Shown: positions 1 to 11,845, numbered from the stretch's first letter. The stretch: DNA of 64,000 bases from an uncultured Chloroflexia bacterium (GCA_963806265.1 CAWDXT010000006.1:64385-128384), one strand, 5' to 3'. Numbers and translations: made by a program. The notes: a model not told the origin generated them from the sequence alone.

Positions 1-1034
1 ATGACCGACATCCTGGCCGACAACACGAACCCGCGCGATCAACCCGTACTGGGGCAAGTTCGAGATCACGAACGGCAACAGGCGGCGCCCGGCCACGCTC
101 AAGACGGGCACCAACAACGACGCGCGCGACCTCAACGCCTACGGCTACATCGCGTCCCCCACGGCGAAGGGTCGCGACCGCGGCGAGTACGCCCTGGCGG
201 TCGGGGTCTGGAACGGCAACTCGGACAACTCGGTGGTGAGCACGTCGCAGCGTCACCCTGTTCTCGATCGACGTCCCGACCTACGTCTGGCAGGGCTTCC
301 TGACCGAGGCGACCGAGGGCTGGGCGATCCGCGACTTCAAGCTGCCGACAGGCCTCCAGCGTGCGACGGTGGACCCGTGGACCGGTCTCGCGACCAGCGG
401 CAGGCCGTCGGTCGAGGAGCTGTTCCTGCCGGGCACCGGCACCGGCATCGGCGGGTGCCGCCGGATCCACGTGCGGTGACGGCGGTCCTCTCGGTGGCGG
501 GCTTCGAGAGCCAGCACCCGGCCTGGATGGCCGCCGACCAGGGCTGGATCAAGCGGGCCGACAAGGGGGTGGGGGTGCGTGGCGGACCCAAGCGCACCCC
601 GACCGCCTACTTCTACAACGGCTGGACGGCCAGCAGCGGGTTCGTGCCGTACGGCCGCTCGTGGGGCGCGATCGCCGGCGGTGGCGGCTGCGCCTCGCCC
701 AGCCCGAGCCCGTCCGCGTCGTTCGATCCGTGCGCCTCGCTCGATCCCGGCGCGTCGCTCGATCCCAGCGCGTCGCCGATCATCTGCCCCTCGCCGTCGC
801 AGCTGCCCAAGCGAGTCAGCAGCTCCGTCGGTGACGCCGGCTCGACCGCACCGCCGACCCCGACCCACGACCCCGACGCCCACGCCGACCCGGCCGCCGC
901 CAACGCCCACGCCGGCACCCACGAAGCCGCCGGCCACGCCGACGCCCACCCCGGCACCCACGAAGCCGCCGGCCACGCCGACGCCCACGCCGGCACCCAC
1001 GCCGACACCGACGTCCGCGGCACAGCCTGGCTGA
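1..1034 (+). CDS. class A penicillin-binding protein (PBP1A-type), C-terminal part; 5' end outside window; reading frame broken several times
   Basis: Joining frames gives INPYWGKFEITNGNRRRPATLKTGTNNDARDLNAYGY (KTG box of PBP transpeptidases) and VPTYVWQGFLTEATEGWAIRDFKLPTGLQRATVDPWTGL. A Ser/Pro- and Pro/Thr-rich tail follows, ending at TGA 1032-1034. Frame switches near 33, 255, 470 and 870. Confidence 0.7.
906..1013 (+). repeat. 39-bp in-frame tandem repeat (about 2.7 copies) encoding the PT-rich tail PTPAPTKPPATPT
   Basis: Units at 906-944 and 945-983 differ at 1 nt; a partial third unit follows. Seen directly. Confidence 0.9.
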
Positions 1035-1282
1035 GTCGGCCGCTGCCGATCGCCCCATCGAACGCCGGCTGCCGATCGGCCTTCCGGCCTCCGTCTCGAC
1101 GGGGACCTCGCGAGCCTGTCAGGCTCGGCACGCGCCGAGCCAAGGGCCGTCTCAGCGATCTCTCAGCATTTCGGCCTATGATCCGCGCGATTGTGGTGGC
1201 GCGGGATCGCCCGGTTTACTGGTGCCAGGGAGAGGGCACCGCGGTTCTGTCGCCGCATTGAGCGTTCCTCAGTTCTTCGGAG

Positions 1283-2477
1283 TTGCACGTGTCGGATCGC
1301 GCTTCCGGACAGTCGCCCCGACGCCGCCAGGCGTCGGCTGCTGCGCTGCTCCTCGGCATCATCGCCATCGTCGCGGGGATCCTGGCCCCGACCGCCCTTG
1401 CCGCCGGCGGGCTGACCGTCACGACCCAGTTCCCCGCCGTCGTGGCGGAGCCTGGCTCGACCTCGTCGTTCGCGCTGACCCTCGGCGCCACATCGGCGCA
1501 GCAGGTCAACCTCAAGACCACCGGCGTGCCGGACGGGTGGACCGCGCGGTTCCGAGGTGGCGGGCTGACCATCGACGGCGCCTACGTGACCCCCAACAGG
1601 CGCCCGACGTGACGCTCGACGTCGAGATCCCCGACGGCACCTCGCCCGGCAGCCACACCATCAACGTGGTCGCGACCGGCACCGGCAGCTCTGACACGCT
1701 GCCGCTGACGATCCGGGTTGCCGACGCCGCGGCCGGTGACATCACCCTCACCTCCGACTACCCCGAGCTCCAGGGCCCCTCGACCGCACGTTCACGTTCA
1801 ACCTGCGGCTCAAGAACGACACCGCGGCCGAGGCGACGTACACGATCAACTCGACCGGACCCGACGGCTGGACCGTGTCCGCCAAGCCGTCCGGCCAGTC
1901 GCAGGCCACGACGATCACGGTCGCCGCGGGCAGCACCGGCACGATCGCGGTCACGGCCACCCCGCCGTCGAGCGTCGAGGCGGGCACGTTCCCCATCAAG
2001 ACCACGGTGTCGGGTGGCGGCAAGACCGCCGAGGCCGACCTCTCGGTGGTGGTCACCGGGACGTACACGATGGACGTCTCGACGCCCGACCAGGTGCTGT
2101 CGATGACCGCCAACGCGGGCTCCGAGAAGGACCTCCAGATCACCGTCGACAACACCGGCAGCGCGCCGATCACGGCGGTCGCCCTCGACGCCACCGCGCC
2201 GACCGGCTGGACCGTGAACTTCAACCCGGCGACGATCGACACGCCTCGCCGCCGGCGACACGCAGACGGTCACGGCCCAGGTCACGCCCAGCGGTGATGC
2301 CCTGGCCGGCGACTACCAGATGACGGTCAGCGCCCAAGGGCAAGGAGGCCAACGGCGACGTCTCGATCCGCGTCACGCGTCGAGACACCCCAGGTGTGGT
2401 GGATCGTGGGCGTGGTCCTGATCGTGGCCACCTTCGCCGGCCTGTACTGGGTCTTCCGGACGTACGGACGGCGGTAG
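1283..2477 (+). CDS. NEW3-domain / COG1470-like exported protein associated with ABC transporter; frame-disrupted
   Basis: N-terminal signal/TM AAALLLGIIAIVAGILAPTALAAG. Repeated Ig-like modules with PDGWTARF, GPDGWTVSAKP, APTGWTVNFNP and AGDYQMTVSA. C-terminal TM WWIVGVVLIVATFAGLYWVF, then TAG 2475-2477. Pieces lie in ORFs 1283.., 1222.., 1875..; at least 3 frame switches. TTG/GTG start uncertain. Confidence 0.7.
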
Positions 2478-2725
2478 CTCGATGACCGACGAGCGGACAC
2501 CCCCGTCCGACGGCCGTCGGGGCGGAGCCGGCGACGCGCTTCGTCCCCGCGCGGGCCAGAACGCCCGGCCGGCGCCCGTCGCAGCGCGCGAGCCCACCGC
2601 GGAGATGATCGACCGGACGGACGAGACGACCGAGGCGGGCGGCGAACGGCCCGTTCGGCCCTGGGAGGTCGAGGGGCGCGACACGCCCGACGGCGAGCCG
2701 ACCCGCACGGCGGCGGCGCCGCACC

Positions 2726-3712
2726 GTGGCGTCGCTGCTGGCCGACGTGCCCGACGACGCCGTCATCGCCACCCGGCGCCTGACCAAGGAGTACGGCCCG
2801 ATCACGGCCGTCGACAACCTCGACCTCACGATCCAGGCCGGCGAGGTGTTCGGGCTGCTGGGCCCGAACGGCGCCGGCAAGACGACGACCGTCCTGATGC
2901 TGCTCGGGCTCACCGAGCCGACCCGTGGCGTGGTCCGGGTCCTGGGCCACGATCCCGACGCGGGAGCCGCTGGCGATCAAGCGCATGGTCGGCTACCTGC
3001 CCGACAACGTCGGCTTCTACGGCGGGATGACCGGCCGCGAGAACCTGCGCTACACGGCGCGGCTCAACGGCCTCAGCCGCTCCGAGGCCGACGCCCGCAT
3101 CGACCAGCTGCTCGCGCGAGGTCCGGCTCGAGGAGGCCGCCGACCGCAATGCGGAGACCTACTCCCGCGGCATGCGCCAGCGGCTGGGCATCGCCGACGC
3201 GCTGGTCAAGGATCCGTCGGTGCTGATCCTCGACGAGCCGACGATCGCCATCGACCCGGCCGGCGTCGAGGAGCTGCTGGCCCTCCTGCGCCGGATGGTC
3301 AGGGAGCGCAACCTCACGGTGCTCCTGTCGTCCCACATCCTCGGCCAGGTCCAGTCGCTGTGCGATCGGGTCGGGTTCTTCGCCTCGGGCCGGATGGTTG
3401 CCGCCGGGCCGCTCGACGAGCTCGCGCGCGGCACCGACGCCATGCCGCACACCGAGCTCGAGGTCGGGGTGGAGGGCGACCCGGCCGCGATCGACGCGAT
3501 CGCCAGCAAGATCCCGGGCGTCGTGACCGTGGCGCCCCACGAGCGCGACGAGCACCTGCGCGTGGTGACCGCCTCGACCGACGTCGCCGCGCCCGCTGGC
3601 GACCGCGCTCGCGGCGGCAAACGTCCCGCTCGTCCACCTGCGACGCCGCGGCACCGACCTGCTGGAGCTCTACCGACGCTACGTCCCGGAGGGTCTCGAT
3701 GGCATCCGCTGA
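2726..3712 (+). CDS. ABC transporter ATP-binding protein (ABC-2 / CcmA-like); frame-disrupted
   Basis: Walker [13 protein letters not shown], signature [12 protein letters not shown], Walker [15 protein letters not shown]-loop LLSSH. C-terminus [19 protein letters not shown] ends at TGA 3710-3712. Pieces lie in ORFs 2726.., 2925.., 3172... A longer N-terminus from ATG 2482 would need one more frame switch. Confidence 0.8.
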
Positions 3713-4723
3713 CATGCCCCGCGCCGACGCGACCCGGTCGGCCCGCCGCTCCGAGCGGTCACCGTCGGGCGGCTGGCGGACGATCGCCGCCAAGGAGTTC
3801 AGCGATCACGTGTCCAGCGTCCGGTTCATCGTGCTGCTGGTCGTGATCACGATCGCCGCCATCGTGCCGATGGTGTTCATGTCCAACGACATCACCAGCG
3901 CGGCTCCGCAGCTGTCCGGGCGAGCCGGCGCTGTTCCTGGCCCTGTTCGTGGCGGGCTCGCAGTCGCTGGGCGGGATCACGACCGTCGGTTCGCCGCCCT
4001 GCTGGTGCCGCTGGTGGGGATCGCGTTCGGGTTCGACGGGATCAACAGCGAGCGCAGCCAGGGCACGCTGTCGCGGCTGCTGTCACAGCCGATCCACCGC
4101 GACGACGTCATCAACGGCAAGTTCGCGGCCGGGATCGCGGTCATCGCGGTGATGCTCGCGGCGCTGGTGATCCTGGTGTCCGCCGTGGGGATCGTGCGCC
4201 TGGGGATCATGCCCGCGCCCGAGGAGCTGGTCCGCGTGTTCAGCTGGTGGCTGGCCACGATCCTGTACGCCTCGTTCTGGCTGGCGTTCGCGCTCCTGCT
4301 GTCGGTCGTCATCCGCGGCGCCGCGTCGGCGGCGCTGGTCGGGCTTCGGCACATGGCTGGGCCTGATCCTGTTCGGCTGGTTCCTGCTGCCGCTGATCGC
4401 CGGCGCGATGTTCCCGACCAACACCCGGCACGGCCGGCGACTACTTCGCCTCGACGTCCGCGCAGCAGCTGTTCCTGCGGATCTCGCCGGCGACGCTCTA
4501 CCAGGACATCGTCACGCGCTGATGAACCCGGCCACCAAGAGCGTCCTGGGCGTCGGCAACATCGGCCAGTACGTGAGCGCCCAGCAGCAGCTGCCGTCGC
4601 TGCTGACGCTGGACCAGAGCATCCTGCATCGTGTGGCCGCAGATCGTGGCCTGGTCGGCGCTGACGGTGGCCATGTTCGCGCTCGCCTACGTGCTGTTCC
4701 TGCGCCAGGAGGTTCGCGCCTAG
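3699..4723 (+). CDS. ABC-2 family transporter permease; frame-disrupted
   Basis: [31 protein letters not shown] and [50 protein letters not shown], plus further hydrophobic spans. ATG 3699 overlaps the end of the ATPase gene. Stop TAG 4721-4723. At least 3 frame switches. Confidence 0.75.
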
Positions 4724-4834
4724 ACGTCATCGGGCACGTCACAGCCACGCTCGTCGAGGCTCGGCCGTCATCGGGGACGGCTCACGCGCATCCCGGCGAT
4801 GGACCCCGACCGCGGTGAGCTGACCCGCACCGCG

Positions 4835-6471
4835 ATGACGACGCACCGACGACCTCCGACCGAGCACCGGACCCGCGTCCGCGGCGCATCCGCCCACGCG
4901 ACATGGCGCTGGGCGCGCGGCCCCTGCCGGCCGGGCGCTGGCGGCCCTGGCCGGGCTGGTCGCGGCGCTCGTCGCGCTGGGCGTCGGCGAGCTCGGTCGC
5001 GGGCTTCATCGTCGGCGCGCCGTCGCCGCTGGCGTCGGTGGGCAGCGCGCTGATCGACTTCGCGCCGCCGGGCTCCAAGGAGATCATCGTCTCGCTGTTC
5101 GGCACGAACGACAAGCCGGCGCTCGAGATCATGGTCGCCGCGGTCGTGCTGGTGATCGGCGCCGGGCATCGGGATCCTCGCCCGGACCAGGTTCACGCTC
5201 GCGGTGGCGGCGATCGCAGGGATCGTCGCGATCGGGTTGCTGGCGTCGCTGCGGCTGCCGGCGACGTCGATCTCGATGGCCGCGCTCTCGGCCGCCCTGC
5301 AGGTCGGGCTGGCCGCCCTGGTCCTCAACCTCCTGCTCGCCTCGGCCGCCTCGGCGACCCGGGACAGCACCGTCGGCGAACCCGCCACCGGATCTCCGGC
5401 GCGGCGAGTGTTCCTCCTCCAGGCGCTGGGGCTGGGGGCGCTGGCGATCGTCGGCGGCGGGTTCGGTCGCCGGATGCTCGAGGGCCGCGCGGCCCAGGCC
5501 ACGACCGCGGGCTCGGAGATCCCCGCAGGCCGTCGACCCGGCGCCGCCGGCCGGGCCTGACGCGTCGCTGCAGGTCGCCGGCCTGGGACCGGTGGTGACA
5601 CCCAACGACAGCTTCTACCGGATCGACACCGCGCTCATCACGCCGGCGGTCGACCTCGACAGCTGGCAGCTCAAGGTGACCGGCATGGTCGACCGCGAGG
5701 TCACGCTCACCTTCGACGAGCTGGTGCAGATGCCGCTGATCGAGCAGTACGTGACGATCGCTTGCGTCAGCAACGAGGTCGGTGGCCACCTGGTGGGCAA
5801 CGCCAAGTGGACCGGCGTCCGGCTCGCCGACGTGCTCGACATGGCCGGCGTGCAGGCGGGCGCGACCCAGATCGTGCCGCGCTCGGTCGACGGCTGGACG
5901 GCCGGGTTCCCCACCTCGTGGATCACCGACCCGACCCATCCGCGCGAGGCCATGATCGCGGTCAAGATGAACGACGCCCCGCTCCCCGCCGAGCACGGCT
6001 TCCCTGCCCGGCTCATCGTCCCGGGCCTGTACGGCTACGTCTCGGCGACCAAGTGGCTCACGGAGATCCAGCTCACGACGCTCGAGGCGGTCGACGCCTA
6101 CTGGGTGCCGCGCGGCTGGGCCAAGGAGGCACCGATCCTGACCCAGTCACGGATCGACGTTCCGCGCTCGGGAGCCTCGGTGCCGGCCGGACCGGTCGGC
6201 CGTGGCCGGCGTCGCCTGGGCGCCCGACCGGGGGATCGAGAAGGTCGAGGTATCGGTGGACGACGGCGACTGGCAGACGGCCACGCTGGCCACCGAGATC
6301 TCGCCCGCGACCTGGGTCCAGTGGAAGTGGACCTGGCAGGCGACGCCCGGCAGCCACGTCATCGCCGTGCGCGCCACGGACGGCACCGGCACGGTCCAGA
6401 CGTCGGAGTCCACGCCGCCGGCCCCGGACGGCGCCCGTGGCTACGACCGGATCCAGGTCCAGGTGAGCTAG
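4835..6471 (+). CDS. membrane-anchored molybdopterin-dependent oxidoreductase (sulfite oxidase family); N-terminal part frame-disrupted
   Basis: N-terminal TM region (VAGFIVGAPSPLASVGSALIDFAPPGSKE; IAGIVAIGLLASL). Catalytic domain in ORF 5592..: VVTPNDSFYRIDTALITP, VTIACVSNEVGGHLVGNAKWTGVRL (Mo-ligand Cys context), HGFPARLIVPGLYGYVSATKWL. C-terminal Ig-like domain in ORF 6202..6471. Start uncertain. Confidence 0.8.
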
Positions 6472-6672
6472 GCGGCACACCCCCGCCTGGGGCCGGCGCC
6501 CGCGGCCGAAGGGACACGGAGCCGGGTCCCCACAGCGCCTGGCTCGTGTCGTGCCGGTCTCGCAGGCGGCTCCGCGCGCGCCATCCCCCTGGCGACCACT
6601 CACCCGGACTTCCGGTACCCTCTGTGGGCCCGGCCCACGGCCGCGTCACCCCCACTGCTGCACAGGATGTGA

Positions 6673-7221
6673 ATGCCCCGCCACCGCTATCTGTTCGACA
6701 CCCCGGAGCGCTTCGTCGCCGGCACCATCGGGGAGCCCGGAAACCGCACGTTCTTCCTCCAGGCACGTGACGGTGGGCGGATCGTGTCCGTCGCGCTGGA
6801 GAAGGTCCAGGTCGCGCTCCTCGCCGAGCGCCTGACGGAGATGCTCGACGAGCTCGAGCGACGCGGCGTCGAAGGTGCGGAGGCCCGCTCCGGTGCGGAT
6901 GACGATCCGGCGCCGCTCGACGAGCCCATCAACGAGGCGTTCCGGGTCGGCACCCTCACGCTGGGCTGGGACACGCAGGACGACCTGGTGCTGATCGAGG
7001 CGCGGGAGCAGACCGAGGACGAGGAGCAGGACGAGGACGACGAGTCCGAGGACGGACCCGACCTGCTCCGGGTGCGGATCAGCGCACTGGCGACCCGGAG
7101 CTTCGTGGCGCGGGCGGCCCGTGTCGTGGCCGCCGGCCGACCGCCCTGCCCGCTGTGCGGCGAGCCGCTCGATCCCCGGGGTCACCTGTGCCCGCGGCGC
7201 AACGGACATCGGCTGAACTGA
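6673..7221 (+). CDS. DUF3090 domain-containing protein
   Basis: Intact 182-aa ORF: FVAGTIGEPGNRTFFLQARDG, an acidic central linker, and the C-terminal zinc motif CPLCGEPLDPRGHLCPRRNGH typical of the family. Confidence 0.85.
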   Translation: MPRHRYLFDTPERFVAGTIGEPGNRTFFLQARDGGRIVSVALEKVQVALLAERLTEMLDELERRGVEGAEARSGADDDPAPLDEPINEAFRVGTLTLGWDTQDDLVLIEAREQTEDEEQDEDDESEDGPDLLRVRISALATRSFVARAARVVAAGRPPCPLCGEPLDPRGHLCPRRNGHRLN

Positions 7222-7234
7222 GCCGCGGCCGCCG

Positions 7235-8189
7235 GTGACGAGCGAGCCAGGGCCCGGACGCGAGCAAGGCGCCCCGCTCGAGCCAAGCCTCGACGAGGAC
7301 GCGGAGCCGGTCAACGTGCTCGCACGGCCGATCACCGACGAGGACGATGTCGTCGATCGGGCCGAGGCGGACGACACCATCGAGGAGTCCGAGGCGGACG
7401 ACCCCGACGCCGAGACCTCGACCACCCCGATCAGCGACCTGGGGTTGCCGATGCCGGTCCTCCCTGACGACGTCGCGCTGGACCTGCTCCAGGACGGCGA
7501 GCTGACGGTCGTGGGTCAGCTGTACGCCTCGTCCAACAACGCGCTGCTGTGCCTGGCCACGCGACGCTCCGCCGACGGAGCGCCGGACCTGGTCGCGACC
7601 TGCATCTACAAGCCCGTCCTGGGTGAGCGGCCCCTGATCGACTTCCCCACCGGCACGCTGGGCCGCCGCGAGCTGGCTGCGTTCGTGACCTCAGAGGCGA
7701 CCGGCTGGCGCATCGTGCCGCCCACGGTGCTGCGCGACGGACCGTTCGGTGAGGGCATGCTCCAGCTGTGGATCCGGACCGACGACGCACGCCGATCCCG
7801 TGGCGATGGTCGTGGAGGAGGATCGGCGCCTGCGACGGATCGCCGTGTTCGACGCGGCCGTGAACAACACCGACCGCAAGGCCGGGCACCTGCTGCCGGT
7901 TCCGGGCGGTCACGTGTACGGGGTCGACCACGGCGTGACCTTCTCGGCCGTGCCCAAGCTGCGGACCGTCCTGTGGGCGTGGCGCGGTCAGCCGCTCTCG
8001 GGCGACGAGCTGGCGGTGCTGCGAGGCCTGCGCGACGGCCTGCAGGGTACGCTCGGCGCCCGGCTGGGCGCGCTGCTTGCGCCGATCGAGGTCAGGGAGA
8101 CGATCCGGCGCGTCGACGAGCTGCTGGCGACCGGGGTGTTCCCCCAGCCCGATCCGCATCGCCCGGCGCTGCCCTGGCCGCCGGTCTGA
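7235..8189 (+). CDS. SCO1664 family protein (PI3/PI4-kinase-like domain); one frame switch
   Basis: YASSNNALLCLA, CIYKPVLGERPL, FDAAVNNTDRKAGHLL, YGVDHGVTF. ORFs 7235.. and 7749..8189 join near 7790. GTG start. Confidence 0.8.
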
Positions 8190-8207
8190 CGCGCCCCGGG
8201 CGCGGGC

Positions 8208-8711
8208 TCAGGCCGTGACGGCGTCGACCGCCTCGAACGGGATCTCGGTCCGGCCGGCCGGATCCGCGGTGGCGTGGTGGGCGGCGAGGCGCTCCAGGAT
8301 CGATGCATCCTCGAGATCGCTGGGTACCAGCACCACCGATGCCGCCACCCGCTCCGCGTAGGCGCCCAGCGCGGCGCCGTCCCGGGTGGTCGGCAGCCAG
8401 GCCCAGGCTTCGATCCCGCTCGACCGCAGCGCCCGCACCTGATCGGCGATCGCCGGTCGCCCCGCCGTCTCGAGGGCATCAGGGTCCAGTCGCCACCCGC
8501 TGGCTGCCTCCGAGTACAGCTCACGCTCGCCGTCAGCCGAGAAGACGGTCGGCCGCGGGCTCGAGAACAGGCCGGCCGCGTCCACGTCGTACAGGATCAC
8601 CGACCACCCTCCGTCCCTGGCCAGGCTCCGCGCCCGGTCCCGGACGGCCGGGTAGCGGTCGTCCTCGCCGGTCACGGCGATGATCGGGTGGTCGGTGGCT
8701 GCGCTCGGCAT
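8208..8711 (-). CDS. hypothetical protein (no family recognised)
   Basis: Intact ORF with high third-position GC. ATG 8711 is preceded by GAAGGAG at 6 nt and is preferred over the ORF-track start 8741. Confidence 0.6.
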   Translation of the reverse strand: MPSAATDHPIIAVTGEDDRYPAVRDRARSLARDGGWSVILYDVDAAGLFSSPRPTVFSADGERELYSEAASGWRLDPDALETAGRPAIADQVRALRSSGIEAWAWLPTTRDGAALGAYAERVAASVVLVPSDLEDASILERLAAHHATADPAGRTEIPFEAVDAVTA

Positions 8712-9101
8712 GTGAGCTCCTTCTCGGTCGTGCTGGGTCATCGGCCGGCGCGGCCAAACGCCGGTTGTCGCCCAAGCGTGCGGCGGTCGGCGTGACGGGC
8801 GCGTAACAGGTCACGGCCCGCGGCTTGGGGGTCGCTTGCAGCTCGATGGGGCATGGCGGGCGAACCGCCGCACGGCTCACGCACGCTCCCTGGCGAATGG
8901 TCCGGGTTGACAGAACGACCGTTCCATCCGATGCTCTAACGGTATCGCCCGATTGATCGCGGCCAGCAGGTCGACGCCCAACACGCGTATCCGCCGCCGC
9001 GCCGGGCCCAAGAACACCGCTCCGGCCCCGTATGTCCGGCCGTTGGAGCGGCAGGCAAACCGTCCCGATACGACGGCTGCCAGGAAGGAACAACAGCCCA
9101 C

Positions 9102-9296
9102 ATGCTCTCCCGAGCCACCTCAAGCGCTGTCGCGAATCGAGCCACCTCGATGCGCCGCATGCGCCGCCGGGTCGCCCAGCAGAACCGGCTCTACTGCAAC
9201 ACGAACGGCTGCACCAGCTTCCTCGTCGTCGACGAGGCGGCCGGTACCGCCCACTGCGAGATCTGCGGCTACACGCGCAGGCTTCGAACGCACTGA
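9102..9296 (+). CDS. small four-cysteine zinc-ribbon protein (hypothetical)
   Basis: 64-aa ORF with CNTNGC...CEICG. GGAAGGA lies about 12 nt upstream of the ATG. A lower-GC untranslated stretch precedes it. Weakly supported. Confidence 0.4.
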   Translation: MLSRATSSAVANRATSMRRMRRRVAQQNRLYCNTNGCTSFLVVDEAAGTAHCEICGYTRRLRTH

Positions 9297-9316
9297 CGCC
9301 GCGCCGGCGCGCCTCG

Positions 9317-9661
9317 ATGGATCCGTCGACCCGCGCCGAGCTGCTGCGGCTCGAGACCGCGCTCGCCTCGCGCGACCACCAGGCCGAACCTGACCTCGCG
9401 CGGCTGATCGCCGACGACTTCGTCGAGCACGGCGCGAGCGGTGCAACCTGGGACGCCGCGACCACGCGTCGCATGGTCGCCAGCGAACCACGCTCCGACG
9501 TCAGGCTCGAGGATGTCGAGACGGCCGAGGTCGCGCCCGGCGTCGTGCTCGTCACGTACCGGACCGACGGCGAGCGTCAGGCCAACCGGGCCTCGGTCTG
9601 GGTGTGGCGCGCCGATCGCTGGCAGATCCAATTCCACCAGGGCACGCTGCTCCCGCGCTGA
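9317..9661 (+). CDS. NTF2-like / DUF4440 (SnoaL-like) family protein
   Basis: LIADDFVEHGASGATWD ... VVLVTYRTDGERQANRASVWVWRADRWQIQFHQGT. Internal ATG 9317 of ORF 9032..9661 chosen. Confidence 0.7.
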   Translation: MDPSTRAELLRLETALASRDHQAEPDLARLIADDFVEHGASGATWDAATTRRMVASEPRSDVRLEDVETAEVAPGVVLVTYRTDGERQANRASVWVWRADRWQIQFHQGTLLPR

Positions 9662-9865
9662 CGGCTTCCGTCGCCGCCTCGCGCCCGGGTCGCACCTCGC
9701 GCCCAGGTCGCCACCCCACGCCCACGGTGCGCGATCCGCGCCCGGAGACCCTCTGGACGCGCGATGATCGACGCAGACCGTGGCGGCGCCCCGGCCGCGC
9801 GATGATCGACGCAGACCGTGCCGGTGCCCCCGGCGCCGCTGCCGATCGGTCCGAAAGGAGCACCG

Positions 9866-11231
9866 ATGACACCCGCGACCACCGTGGACCGCGATCGTCT
9901 GGGGCGCCTGATGGCGGCCGAGAACGCGAGCTTCGAGCGCGCCAACCCGAGGTCCCGGGCCCTGTTCGAACGCGCCCGCGAGCCGTTGCTCGACGGCGTC
10001 CCGATGAACTGGATGATCCGCTGGGCAGGCCCGTTTCCGTTGTTCGTGGACGAGGCGCGAGGGGCCCGGTTCACCGACGTCGACGGCCACGAGTACGTGG
10101 ACCTGTGCCTGGGCGACACGGGAGCCATGGCCGGCCACGGGCCGTCGCCCACGATCGCGGCCGTCGAGCGCCAGCTCGCGCGCGGCATCACCCACATGCT
10201 GCCGACCGAGGACGCCATTGTCGCCGGCAACGAGCTGCGCCGGCGGTTCGGCCTCCCCTGGTGGCAGTTCACGCTCACGGCCACCGACGCCAACCGGTTC
10301 GCGATCCGCCTCGCTCGCCACATCACCGGCCGGCCCCGGATCCTCGTCCACAACCAGTGCTACCACGGCTCGGTGGACGAGACGTTCGCCACCCTCGACG
10401 AGAGCGGCGCCGTGGTGGCCCGCCACGGCAACCTCGGGCCGCCTGTGCCACTTGCCGAGACGACGCGCGTGGTCGAGATCAACGACCTCGAGGCGCTCGA
10501 GCGCGAGCTGGCCCAGGGCGACGTCGCGGCTGCGCTCATGGAGCCCGCGCTGACCAACGTCGGCATCGTGCTCCCCGACCCCGGCTACCACGCGGCCGTG
10601 CGCGAGCTGACCCGCCGCCACGACACCCTGCTGATCATCGACGAGACGCACACCATCTGCGCCGGACCCGGCGGCTACACGCGCGCCTACGGCCTCGATC
10701 CCGACATGCTGACGATCGGCAAGACGATCGGCGGCGGGATCCCGGCCGGCGCCTACGGGTTCACGACCGAGGTGGGCGAGCGCATCCGGGCCGGCATCGA
10801 GTGGGAGGTCTCGGACGTGGGCGGCATCGGCGGCACGCTGGCCGGGAACGCGCGTCAGCATGGCCGCGGTCCGTGCGACCCTGACCGAGGTGCTCACCGA
10901 CGAGGCATTCGAGCAGATGCTGCCGCTGGGCGAGCGATGGGCGGCCGGGGTCGACGGGGTCATCCGCGCCCACGATGTGCCGTGGCACGTGACGAGGCTG
11001 GGGGCCCGCGCCGAGTATCACTTCATGCCCGACCTGCCACGCAACGGAACCGAGCAGGCTGCCCACGGCGACCCCGAGCTGGAGCAATTCCTGCACCTGT
11101 GGGCGATGAACCGGGGCGTGCTGATGACGCCGTTCCACAACATGGCGCTGATGTCGCCCGCTACGACGGCTGCCGACGTCGATCGTCACACCGAGGTGTT
11201 CCGCGAGGCGGTCGAAGCCCTGTTCGGCTGA
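9866..11231 (+). CDS. class III (PLP) aminotransferase, glutamate-1-semialdehyde aminomutase-like; one frame switch
   Basis: FTDVDGHEYVDLCLGDTGAMAGH, LIIDETHT, PLP-lysine context DMLTIGKTIGGGIPAGAYG. AAAGGAG lies 6 nt before ATG 9866. ORFs 9818.. and 10860..11231 join near 10850. Confidence 0.85.
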
Positions 11232-11303
11232 GGCGCGAGCGACAGGCTTGCCTGCCCGGGGAGCCAGCAGCGGGCCATGCGCCGGCGCGTGCCGGCCGGC
11301 CTG

Positions 11304-11828
11304 TCAGCCGGTGACCGCGGCCGGGCGCCACCAGCGTCGTTCGGCGACCAGCTCGCCACCGAGCTGCTCGTCCAACGTCTCGCGCGGCTCGAAGCCGCGC
11401 GCCTCGTAGAATGGCTCGCCCTTGCGGTTGCCGGCCAGGACGTCGGCCACGATGGGCAGGTCCGGGTGCGCCTCGATGATCGTGGCCAGCAGCGCCGAGC
11501 CGAGACCTACCCGCCGAACGGCCGGATCCGCGTACAGCGCCACGAGCGTGACCCGGTCCGGCTCGATGGCCGTCTCGGCGAACGCGGCGACCACCCCGTT
11601 CACCTCCGCGACCCAGGTCTCGTGGCGGCCGATCCGCAGGGCCACCCGCTCGTTCGAGTAGCCACGGGCCAGGAACCACTCGATCGTCTCGTCCCGAAGC
11701 AGCCCGGCATAGGTGTCCCGCCAGGCGTCGTGCGCGATGGAGCGGATCGCGGGCACATCGGCGCCGTCGGCGCGCCTGACGTGCACCGAGCGGGCCTCCG
11801 CGGGACGCTCACCTGTGCTCGCAACCAC
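11304..11828 (-). CDS. GNAT family N-acetyltransferase
   Basis: Intact ORF. Acetyl-CoA motif LYADPAVRRVGLGSALL and C-terminal GNRKGEPFYEARGF. Confidence 0.85.
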   Translation of the reverse strand: MVASTGERPAEARSVHVRRADGADVPAIRSIAHDAWRDTYAGLLRDETIEWFLARGYSNERVALRIGRHETWVAEVNGVVAAFAETAIEPDRVTLVALYADPAVRRVGLGSALLATIIEAHPDLPIVADVLAGNRKGEPFYEARGFEPRETLDEQLGGELVAERRWWRPAAVTG

Positions 11829-11845
11829 GATCCGGCTCCCGCGCC

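Noticed and set aside
9269-10963. 564-aa minus-strand ORF opposite the aminotransferase gene
   Set aside because: It is an antisense shadow ORF. The + strand gene has the PLP-lysine motif and a good RBS.
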